From positions 186,001 through 250,000 of the forward strand of contig JASANG010004128.1 in NCBI GenBank assembly GCA_030248215.1: a DNA stretch of 64,000 nt, written 5' to 3'. The notes under the pieces are model-generated. The model was not told where the DNA came from. It worked only from the letters and a program-made list of their open reading frames with translations, and searched no databases. Of the stretch, positions 27,301 through 40,490 are shown one piece after another. The stretch is from Enoplolaimus lenunculus (Eukaryota). The stretch's first letter is position 1. Each line of letters starts with the position of its first letter. A program made the position numbers and the translations under genes.

Positions 27301-29146
27301 CGGACGAAACATACAAGTGCCCTTTTTCCATGTATTAAAGATGAACGTTACATTACATTCAAGCGCTGCATAATATTTCTATCATTTTAGCGGTGGAAAA
27401 ATCTGATCATAGTATTTCAAACGGCAAAATGTTCGTGATTTGGGCAAAAGGAATGGAACAAAATCAGTACAGCTTTAACGTGCCGTCAGGTTTGTTGATT
27501 GCTACGGTATATACTGACACGACCTGATTAACGGTTGGCAAAATAATTTGGTCTTTTAACTTTTTGTCAATGATTTTGTGCTTATAAAACATAATTTGAC
27601 CATAGTTTTTGTCAAGCATTTACTCTATACCCCAGACGCTCTAAAACGCATACTGTGCGACATGGTAAGGTAAAGTCAGATATTACAGGGGCGAATATTA
27701 CATCTGCAAGCACCCTTTAATAGATAATTGAAAGCATGTTGCGTAGTATTTATGCAACAGCATTTGTTAGTTATCCTATATTGATCATGAGTATGCATCT
27801 ACTTTAGCTGTCGATACTGACAAAGTTTCTGATCGACAGTATTACAAGCCAAACGTTCTTATGTATCACGGCAACAGGAATCGTGGTGTAAGTATTGTGG
27901 ATTTTCTCGAAGGATCAGGAATCATTGGACCAATCACGGATGTTGTCGGAGGCAACACTGTTCAAGGGGAACCTGAGCCGAAACCTGAAGGTATTGTTAA
28001 CAATTTTCCAGTATTAAAGCTTTTCAGAAAGCTTATCGTCTGCGGTTCAAAACTTAATAATCGTGATCTGTAATATATTTGTAAAATAAACGGCCAATGT
28101 AAAGAACAAGGGCGGCACAGTATTATAAGCATATTCGTTAGCCTAAGCCTAAGTATAAAGCCTAAGCCTAAGCGTAAGAATGAGCATCTTAAGCTTACTC
28201 TTTTCTAGTCCCACAGAAAAACGTTCCGCCCCTGATCTTTGCATGGGCCGAATAAACCATAAGAACATTCTGAAAGTTCTGTTTTTATTTTAAAGACTTG
28301 TTAAAAATCGTGCTGTTGAAAAGATAATTATAACAAAGTTGTAAAACGCGGTATTATATGCTGAAACTTTCACTTACAAAAATTGAAGTTAAAAAGAAAC
28401 TAGGAAATTACTATTAAATAGGTTTAATTTATTCTACTGTTATATAAATGTTTTATTTGTGTACTTTATTATTTTCACGCCGTTTCTACTGTTATTTAAT
28501 TCCAGGAGAATACTACGCTGGAGCCGAGCCTGAACCAGAAGGTGAAAGTCGTCCGGGGCAGGCAGGCAATTATGCTCATTCTGAACCCAAGAGTGAGCCA
28601 GAAAATTTCGGCCACAATCAGTATTATCCTCAGGGTGAACCAGAACCCGGTTATGCTGCTGGAGAGCCTGAGCCAGAAAACTCTGTTTCATCATCCTCAT
28701 CGGGTATTCAACGAGCGCAAGGTGAACCAGAGCCTAATTCGGTGCAACGCGATATTGCAGGCGGTTAGTTTTACCTACATTTTGAAGATGCTTAGGCTTA
28801 GGTTAGGTTTAGCTGCGCGCGTTAATAAGCATGGTATATCTTACATTTAAACCTTTTATCTAATGTTCCTTTCTATGTTCTCTGAGTAACTCCGAGCGTT
28901 TTTAACCGTTTTTGAAGTGTACCGAATTGTTATACTTCAATAGGACGGCGGTTGCAGCACGGCTGTAAGCTGTATTACTCCCGGAAGAAGTTATTTAAAA
29001 TAAACGTGTGACATTTTTTCCAGTTCGTATATTCAGCTTTAATGATTACATTTCACATTATTTCAGGCAGTGTGAAAACTGATGCTCATGCTATGTTAGC
29101 AGCAGTTTTGTGTTTGCTCGCTTTGGGTGTTGTACTGATCCGGTGA
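21307..29146 (+). CDS. Secreted, probably GPI-anchored 604-aa protein: signal peptide, His1 LPMO-like domain, two EGF-like repeats, DOMON domain, EPEP-rich stalk, hydrophobic tail. Exons 21307-21463, 22178-22358, 23521-23648, 24208-24324, 24974-25260, 25754-25820, 26412-26465, 26881-27084, 27391-27489, 27808-27990, 28506-28763, 29067-29146
   Basis: All 12 exons have GT-AG borders and splice in phase (1815 nt including TGA). EGF-like segments: CSGNG...CVCKPPYVGQYC and CVTDADCNGRGMC...CYCQTPYFGSHC. DOMON motifs: WVSVGWRP, HPMDCTDIVIG, DYYTRDRSTP..D, FRKPL, VIWAKG, YHG..RG. C-terminus GSVKTDAHAMLAAVLCLLALGVVLIR*. From memory the architecture resembles insect nahoda-type EGF/DOMON proteins (not verified). 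Confidence 0.9.
21726..22128. mobile_element. Merlin-like MITE family C in intron 1 of the DOMON gene
   Basis: ggcggaggtacagaatatggacccc...gggtctagattccgtaactctac, flanked by the direct repeat (a)aatattgt at 21717-21725 and 22128-22136. Homologous to 45288-45687. Confidence 0.8.
28092..28249. mobile_element. Merlin-like MITE family B copy
   Basis: ggccaatgtaaagaacaagggcgg...ccgcccctgatctttgcatgggcc. Flanks aaataaac/gaataaac. Internal gcctaagcctaag. Confidence 0.75.
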
Positions 29147-30534
29147 TTTTATTTCAACTGAATGTTGTAATAGTTTGTGACTTTTTTGTTTTATATATTT
29201 TAAAATCAGGTTATTCTTTATGTATGTTTGATGGTTACTTTCTGAACGTAAACACTAAATACTTTAAGATTCTGTTCTTGTTTGGTTTATATTTCAAACC
29301 AATGCATGGCATATTTTTGAGACCTCTTTTCTCGCGTAATACCTATCGCTTTCAACAAACTTTTATCGTTTTTCACGAAAAAGTTCTGCTTTGAAACTAT
29401 TTACATTTCAAAAGTACGTATATACCATCCCGCTATTCATAGGCACAAATACAGACTGTAATTAAATTTTAAGCTGTTTTGTGAACAAAACTATTACATT
29501 TCTTACAATGTTCGTTAACCTGATATGCTCGCGTTCGTTTTTGAACACCAAATTGCGTAGGCTGATAGTATATAATTTATTAATTATTTAGTTCAAATGT
29601 AATCAAAGTTTAAGCTTTTCAAGTGTATCATTACAATCCCAACGTGAATACTCAAAAATCGTCAATGCTTGCAATTGTGTTATTTTTCGAACACGGTGAA
29701 CTATGCTCGATTTCGAAATTTTTTCTGAGTATAAATTTACGGATTTGAGTAAAAAAAATTAGAAAGACGCTACGAATAAGAATGCTCTTGCGTTACGTAT
29801 CACTTAATATTCACATCTCAATACTGCAAGTATTTTATGTAATGATCCATTCTATATATTGTTGTATTATTAAACGACTGAATAAACTATTGTTGTCATC
29901 AATATCAAAGCCCATTTAACACGTACGCTGCATTTCATTGCTAAAGCAAAAATATCTCAAAACAAATGGACCAAAAACAAACTACAACCATATTTCAAAC
30001 ACAATATTTAACCCTTTCTCATATGAACATTTTCTTTTTTATCCGAAATCTAAAGATAGGTTTCGAACCACGAAATTTGAACGTGTATCATTATTATTCA
30101 GCTATAGGAAAATGCTATGAAGTACTTTACAATTATGCCGTTAACGTTACTGTACAAAGGAAACCGAAATATGCATGAAATTTCGAAACCAAACTATTTT
30201 TTGCAAGCACCTGTTTTAAAGCAAAGCGCAGCTAAGCAGAGTGCGCATAGCATGTCATTAATTGTCAAGTTCAACTAAATTATTCTACTAATATTTTTAG
30301 TATAAAACCTTGTTTTAAAAACTTATTTTAGGGTCTGACCCGTTATTTTTCCAATAGTCGCATGCGATCAGCAGGTATCATAGCATCGTTCGTTACCTTA
30401 TAAAACGTCTCTGTAGTGTTCTTTGACCGACTAGTTTTATAAGAATTTGTCGCATTTGTACAAACTGAACAAACATTGATGACCTTCCATACAAATCGAG
30501 CGGAAGATTGTGGTTGAATTTTTTGTAACCAGTA

Positions 30535-30901
30535 CGGTAGTGACCCGAATAAGAGGGGAGATAATAATAGGGGGGTTCCCATTTTGAGTCCCAATCAATA
30601 GGAGTCCGTATTCCTAATAAGAGTCCGTAAGCGGATAGAGTTCCTAAACCCTAATTAGAGTCCATCAATTTCAATTATCACTAATTGTAGCGCATAAATG
30701 ACTCCAGGACCGAATAATATGAGTTCAAAACTTTAAAGCGCACTTAAATTTTAAATGTACATTCCTTAGTATAACCCTGCATTATCGTTCAAGCTATCGA
30801 CAAAACACAAATAAACAACAGACCGTAACAGAATAACAAGGGGAATGCCCTCTGGAGAGGCCAAATAAATATCAGTCCCCCTCTTATTTAGGTCACTACA
30901 G
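30535..30901. mobile_element. Tc1/mariner-like MITE (TA-flanked, CTGTAGTGACCCGAATAAGAGGGG TIRs)
   Basis: ta|cggtagtgacccgaataagagggg ... cccctcttatttaggtcactacag|ta. Homologous to 31413-31861 and 46231-46678. Confidence 0.8.
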
Positions 30902-30952
30902 TACGCAAAACAAGATTACAAAAATAATCATCGTAGAATCGACGGTAGTTTT

Positions 30953-31034
30953 GGCCCTGTAAAGATCAGGGGCCGGCTCAGGGATAGGCTTAGAAAAATG
31001 CTTATACTACTGCTACGGCCCTGATACATTGACC
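30953..31034. mobile_element. Short internally deleted Merlin-like family B copy
   Basis: ggccctgtaaagatcagggg...gccctgatacattgacc. Flanks gtagtttt/gttgtttt. Confidence 0.55.
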
Positions 31035-31412
31035 GTTGTTTTATGGTTATAATCATAGTATTATGTATCAAAACTCTTCATGTAAATTCATTATAATCTA
31101 CAAGTTCGAAAGGGTGCGTAAAGATAAAAATACTTGAGGTCGGAAGCTTGTATTAAAGCCCAAAAATTAATTTCGCATATTCAAGATAGAAAATTTAATT
31201 TAGTATACTAAAAGATCCGAAAAAAGTTAACGGATATTCGGATATGAAAAAATATCGGATACCATTCTTATCAGTGATCCATATTCAAAACATGGCTTAA
31301 TGCATCACACCTATACGAACTCCAAAATGTCCGCGTTTCAAAAGTAATCAATTTGAAGTCAAGATTTTCACAAACAGCTAAGGATTGGAAGCGGAGAATT
31401 GTTTAAAGACTA

Positions 31413-31861
31413 TTGTATTGACCCAAATAAGAGGGGGAGGCGTAATAAGAGGAGGGCCCCCATTTTGAGTCAGAATCAATTGAAGTCAGCATCCCTAACA
31501 AGAGTCTGTAAGCGGATAGAGTCCCTAAACCATAGAATCCGTAAATGTCAAATAGCCCTAATTGTAGCGCATAAATGACTCAAGGACCAAATAACTTGAG
31601 TTCGAATCTTTAAGGCGTACTTAAATTTTGAAAGTACATTCATAAGTATAACCTTGTATTATCGCTTAATAAGCTATTGACACAAGACAAATAAACGTTT
31701 AGTTCAGCGGATAATTGCAGTACCGGATATATATCAGTAACGAAGGGCGGCGGAGCGAGGGTTAAAAATATATAACAGTCTGTAACCGAATAACAAGGTG
31801 GGTACCCTCTGGAGGGGCCAAATATATATCAGCCCCCCCCCTCTTATTCGGGTCACTACAG
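31413..31861. mobile_element. Tc1/mariner-like MITE, TA-flanked
   Basis: ta|ttgtattgacccaaataagagggg ... ccccctcttattcgggtcactacag|ta. The body is colinear with the 30535 and 46231 copies. Confidence 0.8.
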
Positions 31862-31920
31862 TATTGCAGCTGATCGATTGACATAATGAGGTTTATTTGC
31901 GACTAATTGTTCAGTAATAA

Positions 31921-32078
31921 CCGGCCCGTAGCCGCCTCACCTTGCTAGGAGGGCTAAAAATTTTTTTACGAGGAGCATTCATGGATCTTCAATGAGTTTT
32001 ACGCAAGATTGAAAATTTTCTAGGGGGTCACCATTTTCAGAAGGCTGAGCCCCACTGGCCCCCTTGGCTACGGACCCG
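31921..32078. mobile_element. Short hAT-like MITE (CCGTAGCC...GGCTACGG termini)
   Basis: ccggcccgtagcc...ggctacggacccg. Flanks agtaataa/agtaatag. Related to 62342-62488. Confidence 0.65.
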
Positions 32079-32412
32079 AGTAATAGCTTAAAACTTTCAT
32101 TGTGCTATTAATGCAATTGCGGTTAATATTGCAAACGCTATATATGCTGAATTGGACAACCTTACTCACAGGTCATGATAAAGTTTTTTAACAAGCTTCG
32201 TTAATATGTTCCAACTTAATGTTGTTTGTTGTTTACCTCCTTCAACAGCAAGTATTTCAGCTTGTTAGTTTATTTTATTGCAGTTTTAAATTATCAACTG
32301 TTTGTATTTTTAAATATAAAAGCACTTGTCTGGTTTTTTACGCTGAAGAACTTTGATTCTAGTCGCTTTGTTTGCAGGCCATTTCTATCAAGTTTAAAAA
32401 ATTGCACTGTTT

Positions 32413-32740
32413 TTCGACCCATGCAACGGAAAGGGGCGGAGGGTTTTTATGCAGGACTGCAATGGAGTAAGCTTATTAAGGTTTAGACAAAATTTTTTGT
32501 TTAGCCTTAGGTATATTTTCGACCCATGCAAAGGAAAGGGGCGGAGGGTTTTTATGCAGGACTGCAATGAAGTAAGCTTATTAAGCTTTAGACAAAATTT
32601 TTTGCTTAGCCTGGTTTCGCCCGCAAAAAAGGGGGGGGGGGGGTTTCGGGGGTAGACAAAATTTTTTGTTTAGCCTTAGGTATAATTTCAATCTTGCGCT
32701 TAGGCTTAGACTTAGGCTTAGAAATATGCTTATATATACT
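32413..32740. repeat. Tandemly duplicated (~105 bp) end of a Merlin-like family B element followed by a TTAGGC tract
   Basis: ttcgacccatgcaa(c/a)ggaaaggggcggagggtttttatgcaggactgcaat... occurs twice in tandem and resembles the reverse complement of 19960-20067. Confidence 0.7.
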
Positions 32741-32751
32741 GCCGTTACGGA

Positions 32752-33118
32752 CATGGTACAACCTGAAGTCTGCCTTCGGCGCCGGCAGAAAATCGACCTC
32801 CGGCTCGGTAGAAGTTTTGCCGGGGGTATCGGCAATTTCGGTAGTAAAATTTGGAATAATAATACAACATTTCCCTATTTGGCGCGTTTCGTTTTACTTT
32901 TGGCACAATTTTGAGGAACGAATTGCCGAGATTTCGTAAAAATTGCTTAAAACCAAACGATTCAACACCACATAATACAGCTATTGGTGATTGACAAGTT
33001 AAACATTATTTTAACTACTACTTGATTTCGCCTCACCTCCGGCTTCACTTTCGGCTCCGGCTCTGACAAGTTCTGTTGACCTCCGACTACGGTATTTCTC
33101 ACCTCCGGTTGCAAACTG
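32752..33118 (-). mobile_element. Third copy of the hAT-like ccggagcc MITE (reverse orientation)
   Basis: catggtacaacc...ctccggttgcaaactg. Reverse-complement similarity to 7555-9109 without the insert. Confidence 0.65.
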
Positions 33119-34969
33119 GACGTTCCTGTTCTATGAGGTTCGCTAAAGGAATGGCATCAAGAAATATATACCCGTTATGTTAATACCAGTTTTCGAGGTT
33201 GTTTTGCATGCATGTAGCATAAGATTGCATTTCCTTTATAGAGAAGGTTTAAGATTTTTCAACCACCAAAATCTGTTACGCCAGCGCAGTAACTACTGTG
33301 TAAACTGAGTGCCCTGGTTCTACAAAATTAGCTTGCTCTTAAATTCAAAGGATAAAACCTAATTTGGTTAACAGTAGTTGTTGACATTGACAATATACAT
33401 ATCTGCCTTTTTATAACAAACAAACCTAATTAACTGTATCACAGCTGATTCCTTATGCAAACGAGTTTTACACCGCAATCTCTGCTTAAAATTGAATAAA
33501 GCCGAAAAGGTACCTCGTCGGCACAGAAACGCCGAGTGGAGCATACAAAATATTTGAAATTTTTAAATTGGATACAAGAAAACATTAAGAGAGTGTTTAG
33601 CATATTGGTGCACTACTGGAAATCAAAATCACCTTACGCTCTGTAGTAAACCATTCGAATAAAGCAACTTGTGTTTGTTGCAGATTCAATATTAATACCA
33701 CTGTTTTTTTGCAGCTTGAGACACCAAAGTATTAATGAAAATTCCCAATTGTTTTATAGTGAGAGCAATTCATATATTTTAACCAGTCCACGCAAGCTTA
33801 TCGTTAAACCTTAAAACTTCAACGCCGCAAAAGTAGGTATAAACTGCGTACAAAATCTTTGCTAATTTGCACGACTTATGTATCTCGTATTGCATTCATT
33901 TTGCTTTCAACCAAAAACCCGAAACCTTTTTCGCAGACAACAGTATATATTTATATGCCAGAACGAGCGCACGTTCCCAGTCGTGTTTTGTTGTATTATA
34001 CTAAAACCGGCACCCAAAGCTCCTATAAGTAAATCTAGTCAAGTTTAAAGTGGATCACTAAACCTTTTTTTTGCGTTTCTACGATGATACACACAGAGAA
34101 AGATAGAGAAGACTTTTAGCCATTCATTTGTATATCTTATAGTTGGTGTTCTGGTGGTAGTGTTGTCGTCGTGTTTCCAGAGGTTTTAAGACAGTATCGT
34201 ACGAAGATTTGGCCCACTTTATTTCACGTGAGTGATAATATTGAGACGGACAGGAGAGTACAGTATCGCAACTGTTGATGATGCAAATTATGTAGACTGC
34301 ATGTTATACTTGGCTCACAGGTCATTCAGCGAACAAATTGGATATGGATTAATTTCTTTGAAGGGAAAATGGGATACATACGCTGCTGAAATAAGTATCT
34401 GAGAAAACGAGCTAAAAAGCACTTTTATACGGTTTGTGAATAACTTACCCCGCAAATACCACAAAAAATTAAGTAATTACTATTGGCCGAACGAGCTGTT
34501 GACGGAATGCAGAGAGTAAACCATGTAAACCGTGTAAATATGGTGTAACCTAAATTTTATGGTAATCAGAATTGTACAAACTGTTTAAAAATCTGAAATC
34601 CAACTGAGACAAAACAGAAAATTGAGTAGTTCACGAGCGCAAAGCGAGTTAATACGCTAGTTCGTTTTATCACGAGTTTTACCACGGCCTTTACGTGAAT
34701 TGATTTATTAAAAGTTTGTTTGCTAAACGATGCTCCACGTGAGTAACTCGAGTTCAGATAAACGACGTAACAATTATTATTGATTTGAAGCATAATCACG
34801 ACGACGGAATAGTGAATTACACAAACTCGGGTTATAAATGTCATGTACCATATTCAACGCAGGAAAACTCCAGTTTTCTTGAAGTAATTAGTTATTATAT
34901 TCAGGAATGTCCTCAAGTATGCCGAACTGTTCTATTCCAGACGGCTAGTATTAACAATAAGATTCATGG

Positions 34970-35258
34970 TGTATATGTCGTAGGCCAAACTGCTATTCAG
35001 GCCAATTGCCAAGCCTAGTCCAATGTGCTATGTTGTGTAGTAGCAGTTTTGCCTGTGCTAATCTGCTGTTGAACTTATAGACCAATCGGATTTGATTATT
35101 TGCCCAAACGTCATACCGTTAACCAATCAGCGCTGAGTTTTAGGTCATCTCACAATCGCTATTCGGCTTAGGACAAATTGCTGTTTGCTTCCATTACCAA
35201 ATTGACCTGGGCCAAATGGTAATTGGCCTGAATAGTAGATTGGCCTACGACATATACA
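34970..35258. mobile_element. MITE-like element with ~40-bp inverted termini
   Basis: tgtatatgtcgtaggccaaactgctattcaggccaatt ... aattggcctgaatagtagattggcctacgacatataca. No clear TSD. Confidence 0.65.
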
Positions 35259-35975
35259 AACTCTCATAAAACTAAACGAGTGTATGTAAGTTTTAAACAA
35301 TCATTTGCCAAGCAATTAATACTGAATGATTACTTATGACGCCAGGAAGGTAACTTGATAAACTACGCTGATATGTTTGAAAGCAATTCAAAGGAAACTG
35401 TTGTCGATTCGTTAAAGTTTAACATCCATGTTCAAGTGATGCGTTATTAATGCCAGAATTTGCACCAATTAAACTACCCTGTCATTCTTCGCTCAAGATT
35501 AACTCCGGCATCAACAAAATTAATCGTCAATATCATTTGGGTTGTTTTTTCGTTTTAAATTTTGAATTCCAAATACGCAGTGCTTGTCAGGTTTCATTGC
35601 CCGTATTGGTTCAGGGGGGTTAAGCAAGCGTAAAACTTTTGTTGCCCACGTTACAAAAGTTTCAGAACCACGTTTGTGTAAGCTTGCTGTTTCAAGCGTA
35701 TGCCGCTTCTAAATTGTTTTACATCTAAAAAGGTTGAGCTTGCGACGAGCATTGTTGATATCGGCAACATTTTATAGCGTAAAACTACACGATCCTAACT
35801 TCGCACGATGGGCTTAGTTTATTTACGTATATAATCTCTACCAACGGATAGGCTTATTCACCGGCAAATACATAGGTGTTTTTAGTGGGTATCGTGCCAA
35901 GAACGCTTTCAATCATGCTTAACAAGCTTAAATCTACCGTCATATACAACACTTGTTCATGCCAACAACAACCAC

Positions 35976-36159
35976 CAATGGCGGATCCACGGGGGAGCCA
36001 CCCCGGCCGTGGCTTCCCCAACAGAATCTCGACAAAAATTATATTGGGACTCAAAATGGGGACCCCTCTTTTATTTCGGTCACTACAGTATGGGTCAAAA
36101 ATAAGTTTATTACCTGTGAAATTTTGCCCCCCCATTTTGAGATCCTGGATCCGCCACTG
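35976..36159. mobile_element. hAT-like MITE containing a fragment of the TA-flanked MITE
   Basis: caatggcggatcc...ggatccgccactg with a perfect 8-bp TSD ACAACCAC (35968-35975, 36160-36167). Internal 36045-36089 matches the Tc1-like MITE end (...ggtcactacagta). Confidence 0.8.
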
Positions 36160-39100
36160 ACAACCACGCCTATCGAGGGGGAGTCTCCCACCACAAAAAG
36201 TGGTATTGCGAAACGTTGCACATACATGCAATATTTAAACGCTTATAGAGGAGCTTAAACAATCACCAAATTTATTGCGGCGAGTTGTGATATTTAGAGT
36301 CCGGTGCCAGAGGCGTATAGAACGAAGGGGGTGTATCCACTTCCGAAATTTTGAAGACAAGAGCACTCTCTAACAGGCTTTACAATGACTTTGTAGACGT
36401 CAAAATATTTTATCAAACACGAATCTTTACCCTTCCAAGCTTGTCTACGCTCCGGTTCAGTGAATATATATGTATAAAACGGGGCGTTTGCAGGTGATGT
36501 ATGCATGAACAGGTAAATTTCAGAAATGGATGCAGAAAAGTATGTATTTTTTAGACTTAAAAATTAGCATAACGCGTTTTGGAGGTAAGGAAAAGTTCAT
36601 CACTTGGCACTGGCGCTTGGCAAAGCGTACTATGCATAACTTTTTATAAGGATGTGCTTTTCCTACCATAGTGATATATGTCTCACGTCGATGCATGTAA
36701 AGTTAGGGCTCATACATACTTGGTATTCAAATATTTATTTTTGTTGACCACAATGGTAGATCTAACCACCAGGGTTTATCATAATGGAAGCCAATGAAGC
36801 TGCGTGCTCAGAGCCCGCGGTTTTATGGAGCCCGTGCTTCAAAATGAAAAAATTTAAATGAAGAAATATATTTTGGGCACTAGTTCTTTCATGATCCTTA
36901 TAGAAGAGGGGACTCGCAAGGCAAACCGGCTTTAAGGCCCGGCGTAGTGAATCGCCCCGGCCTGTGCTCTTGCCGCGATTTGTTCACGACTGTAAAAAAT
37001 ATAACGCTTTGTCTTCACATTTTAGCTGACACCTCAGTCATAAAATATTGAACACATATGCTTTCAAATAACAGTGTTTATGGTTATCTCTGCTGGAAAC
37101 GCTAGCCATAATGATTATCTTTGTTTTAGTTATATTTAGAATTTATAAATGATATTCTATATGGAATGTTTTTATTTAAAATGTATTGGATGTTTTACGC
37201 TTTCAGGAAGGGCCATGGCGAAAATATGTTAGGTTAGAGTGCCGCTCACAATAATTTTACGAATTACAGAAACAAATTTGTACGAGTGTTGTGGTCAACG
37301 GGTGTACCAAATTTAAATTGTACCTCGTTATCCGCAACTTAAGACAACTTTCTTTTTTAATCTCACCTTTCGTTGCATTATCCTGGATCAGGCAACGGTG
37401 ATTTTTTTATATAAAAAGGCATTATCTTTAAACTATGTGATTTAGTGATCGGCATCAGATATTTTATCATATCCCGACATCTGGCAATTTTGGCCATATA
37501 TTTATCCGGATATCTGTAATGAAATTTTTATCTCAGATAACCGAAACATTTGGTTTAGAAGATTGTACTCACTAATATATGCTTGCGTTGACCACCTGAA
37601 TCAGCATTGCGGGCAGAACCGCCCCCACCCAACCCCCAAATTGTGGGTTCCGTCAGCCCATGTTGCTTTTAGTGGTGCGTCGCTGGCCGGTTTCTAACAA
37701 GAACGCAGTAGAGTAGGCTTAACTGTTAATATTTTTTGCTTGGGCTTAGCACGAGTGCCGAATACGATTCCGATTTCACAATCAATCGGAATCGGAATTT
37801 TGCAATATTAATTTAATTATACTTTGGTTGCATACAAATTCTCTCGATCTCAACATCTAAACAAACAATGATACCGTTATATTTTAAAATAACAATAATT
37901 GATTGTAGTTCAGCTTTACAGAACCAAAAACAATGCCAACATGTTGGTTGATGCGACGTTTTTGAAAATTGTTGCCAGCTAACAGATACCCTAAATTAAT
38001 ATATTTGTTAGTAAAAATTATACGTATTATCACAAAATTTGTAGTTTTGATTCCGATTCCGGTATAATCTGAAATGTTTTCCTCGATTGTCACATTCAAA
38101 GTTAAGACTTGTGCTTAGGCTTAGATTTAAGATTAGAAAAACGCTAATCCAGTTCCGGTACGCACCCTGCGCTGCACATGCTAATTTATGAAAAATGATC
38201 AACACAATATATATTTAAAGTATTGCTGTGCCCCCCAAATAAAAATCCTGGCTACGTCCATGCTTACCGGTGGTAGTCCAAAAGACGAACTTCGACAAAG
38301 AATCCATTATTGTGGCATGGATTAATGAAATCGGCCATTACATTGGAAACAAGTCCACCAGTTTTATATTTGTATCCATATTACGTGGTTACGTGGTTTA
38401 CACTAGACAAGCAAATGGTTCATTATATTTTATAACCATATTTGGTTTTAACTCATTTGTTATATACCGGGTACATATATGGACCCAACTTGAGAAAATA
38501 CATATCCAGCCGGTTTGGCCAATTCAACTGGAACTGCAACGCATGACGTTTTCACACCATATTTTTGTAGTTTAAACCGCAGTCACAACTTTTAAACCAA
38601 AGAATCGATTACCTTAGCTTTATTCCTCACATTTTGTTGCGTTCTTCTGCGTTTATATCATGCCATCGAACCGCAATAATTGCCAAACAATTTAAAATTT
38701 CCTGTTGAATGAATTTAGTTGAAAAATTCATGCGTATGGTTGTACCTAAAGCATGCGTCCAATTTTGTTCTGAAACAGTTTCAAGTTGATTTGCTTGTCA
38801 CCTCAAAAGCTTTCGCCGACAACAACCGGTCGTAGATAGATTACTAGTGTAGTTTAACCAGAAGAAAGACTTATTACGGTGCATTAGACAAACTAAAACA
38901 CCCATACACTCGAACTACCTGTCGCTATTGATAAAGTTGTGATTGGTTTGGTTTTTGACTAAAGACATAACGATTTACTCTGTGCATGCTTCCTTCAGCA
39001 CCCATCATGGTGTAGCCTTGATTTCAATTTATTTGAGGTCTTGGTTCAGTGCAGGAAGTGTTTAACCTTTCGGTTTCGTTATGAACAGGATGTATCGCGC

Positions 39101-40349
39101 TGTGTTGCAAAAATATGTAAACAGAACATGCAATACCATTACGTAAATTTTGGTTCAAATTTTGGGTGAGGTTCTAGTCTCTACCGCTGGCTACGCATCT
39201 GTTCAGCGTTGTTCCGTTCAGAAGTGCCGGTGTGAACTGTAATGCCTGTACTTTACTAGTTGCTTAAATTAGCAAATTTTACTCATAATGTGCCTGAATT
39301 GCTAGTTTAAAGGTATATAGTAAATTTTATAAACGCTGCGGCGTGAACGTGAAAGTTCGATGGAGCGTTTGTGATTCTGTGCCTTGAAATTACAATATAT
39401 GTGCTACTACTCCAGATACTATTCCCACAATTTCAGCTAGCTAATGTAAAGTAACCGTTTCCCGCATAGGGTATACTATGAGCGTACAAATGGAACTCCA
39501 AATATATACGACCAATGCGAACACAATTATAGCAGGGTCAAGTTCTTATTAACTAGCGGTAACAGTAAACGCCTTCTGTCCCAAAGCACCGGAGTTTGCA
39601 GAAAACTTTTACGTAGGAAAGAGTTGAAGTTAATCAACAATGTTCACAATTCTTGCGACGTTGTTCATGACTTGTTCATTTTATACCCGGGCCCCTGGCC
39701 CTGGGGCATATTCAACTCCCAATTCAGCTAACATATCCTTTTACAGCATTTCCTGTCCTAATGAAATACTTTCAGAACAGACCAATGCTAAAAGTTTATA
39801 ACTGAACCGGAAAGTTTCACGCTCTTTAACACCTGACTATGAAATCCTGGCTTCATGTCTATTTAGTGATAACTTGGTTTTTTGACTTTACAATTAACCC
39901 TATTGAGCAATGGCTGCGAACACCTTAATAATAAACAAAACTGCTACCTCCACAGAAAAAACATCATTGTTGTAAGTTTTTTCTGTATAATAAAACGTCG
40001 AGTAAGACGATATGCATAGTTGAAATTTTTACTGTTTTACAGACGAGATTAACCAGTTGCATGATTAAATATTAATACTTCAAAAAACTATATGTATCCT
40101 GTTGCTCGAAACTGCACATTTGAAGATGTTTTAGCTTGATTATCTGGAAAGTTTTCTGGCGACAGTATAGCCGGGGCGTAGCCAAGATCTTTATTTTATG
40201 AGGTATATCCTCATTTCAAAAATTTTTACGAGTGGGCAAAACGAGTGAGTGGAATTCTTTGTACCCTATCATCCACAACGGCGTATCCAGGAATTGCTGA
40301 CGAAGGGACAGTTTGGTAAATGTTACGAAACGCAAAAATTATAGGTCGG

Positions 40350-40490
40350 GACCTTATCATTTTATCATCAAAAATTTTTCTGAGGTGAAAAAATTGTAAG
40401 GTTGACATTATCATTTTATCACCAAAAAATTTTCTGATGGAGAAAAGAGTAAGAGGACCTTATACCATTTTATCAGAAAAAAATTTCTAC
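40350..40490. repeat. Degenerate ~55-bp tandem repeat (about 3 copies)
   Basis: The unit ttatcattttatca(t/c)caaaaa..ttt(t)ctga recurs three times. Confidence 0.6.
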
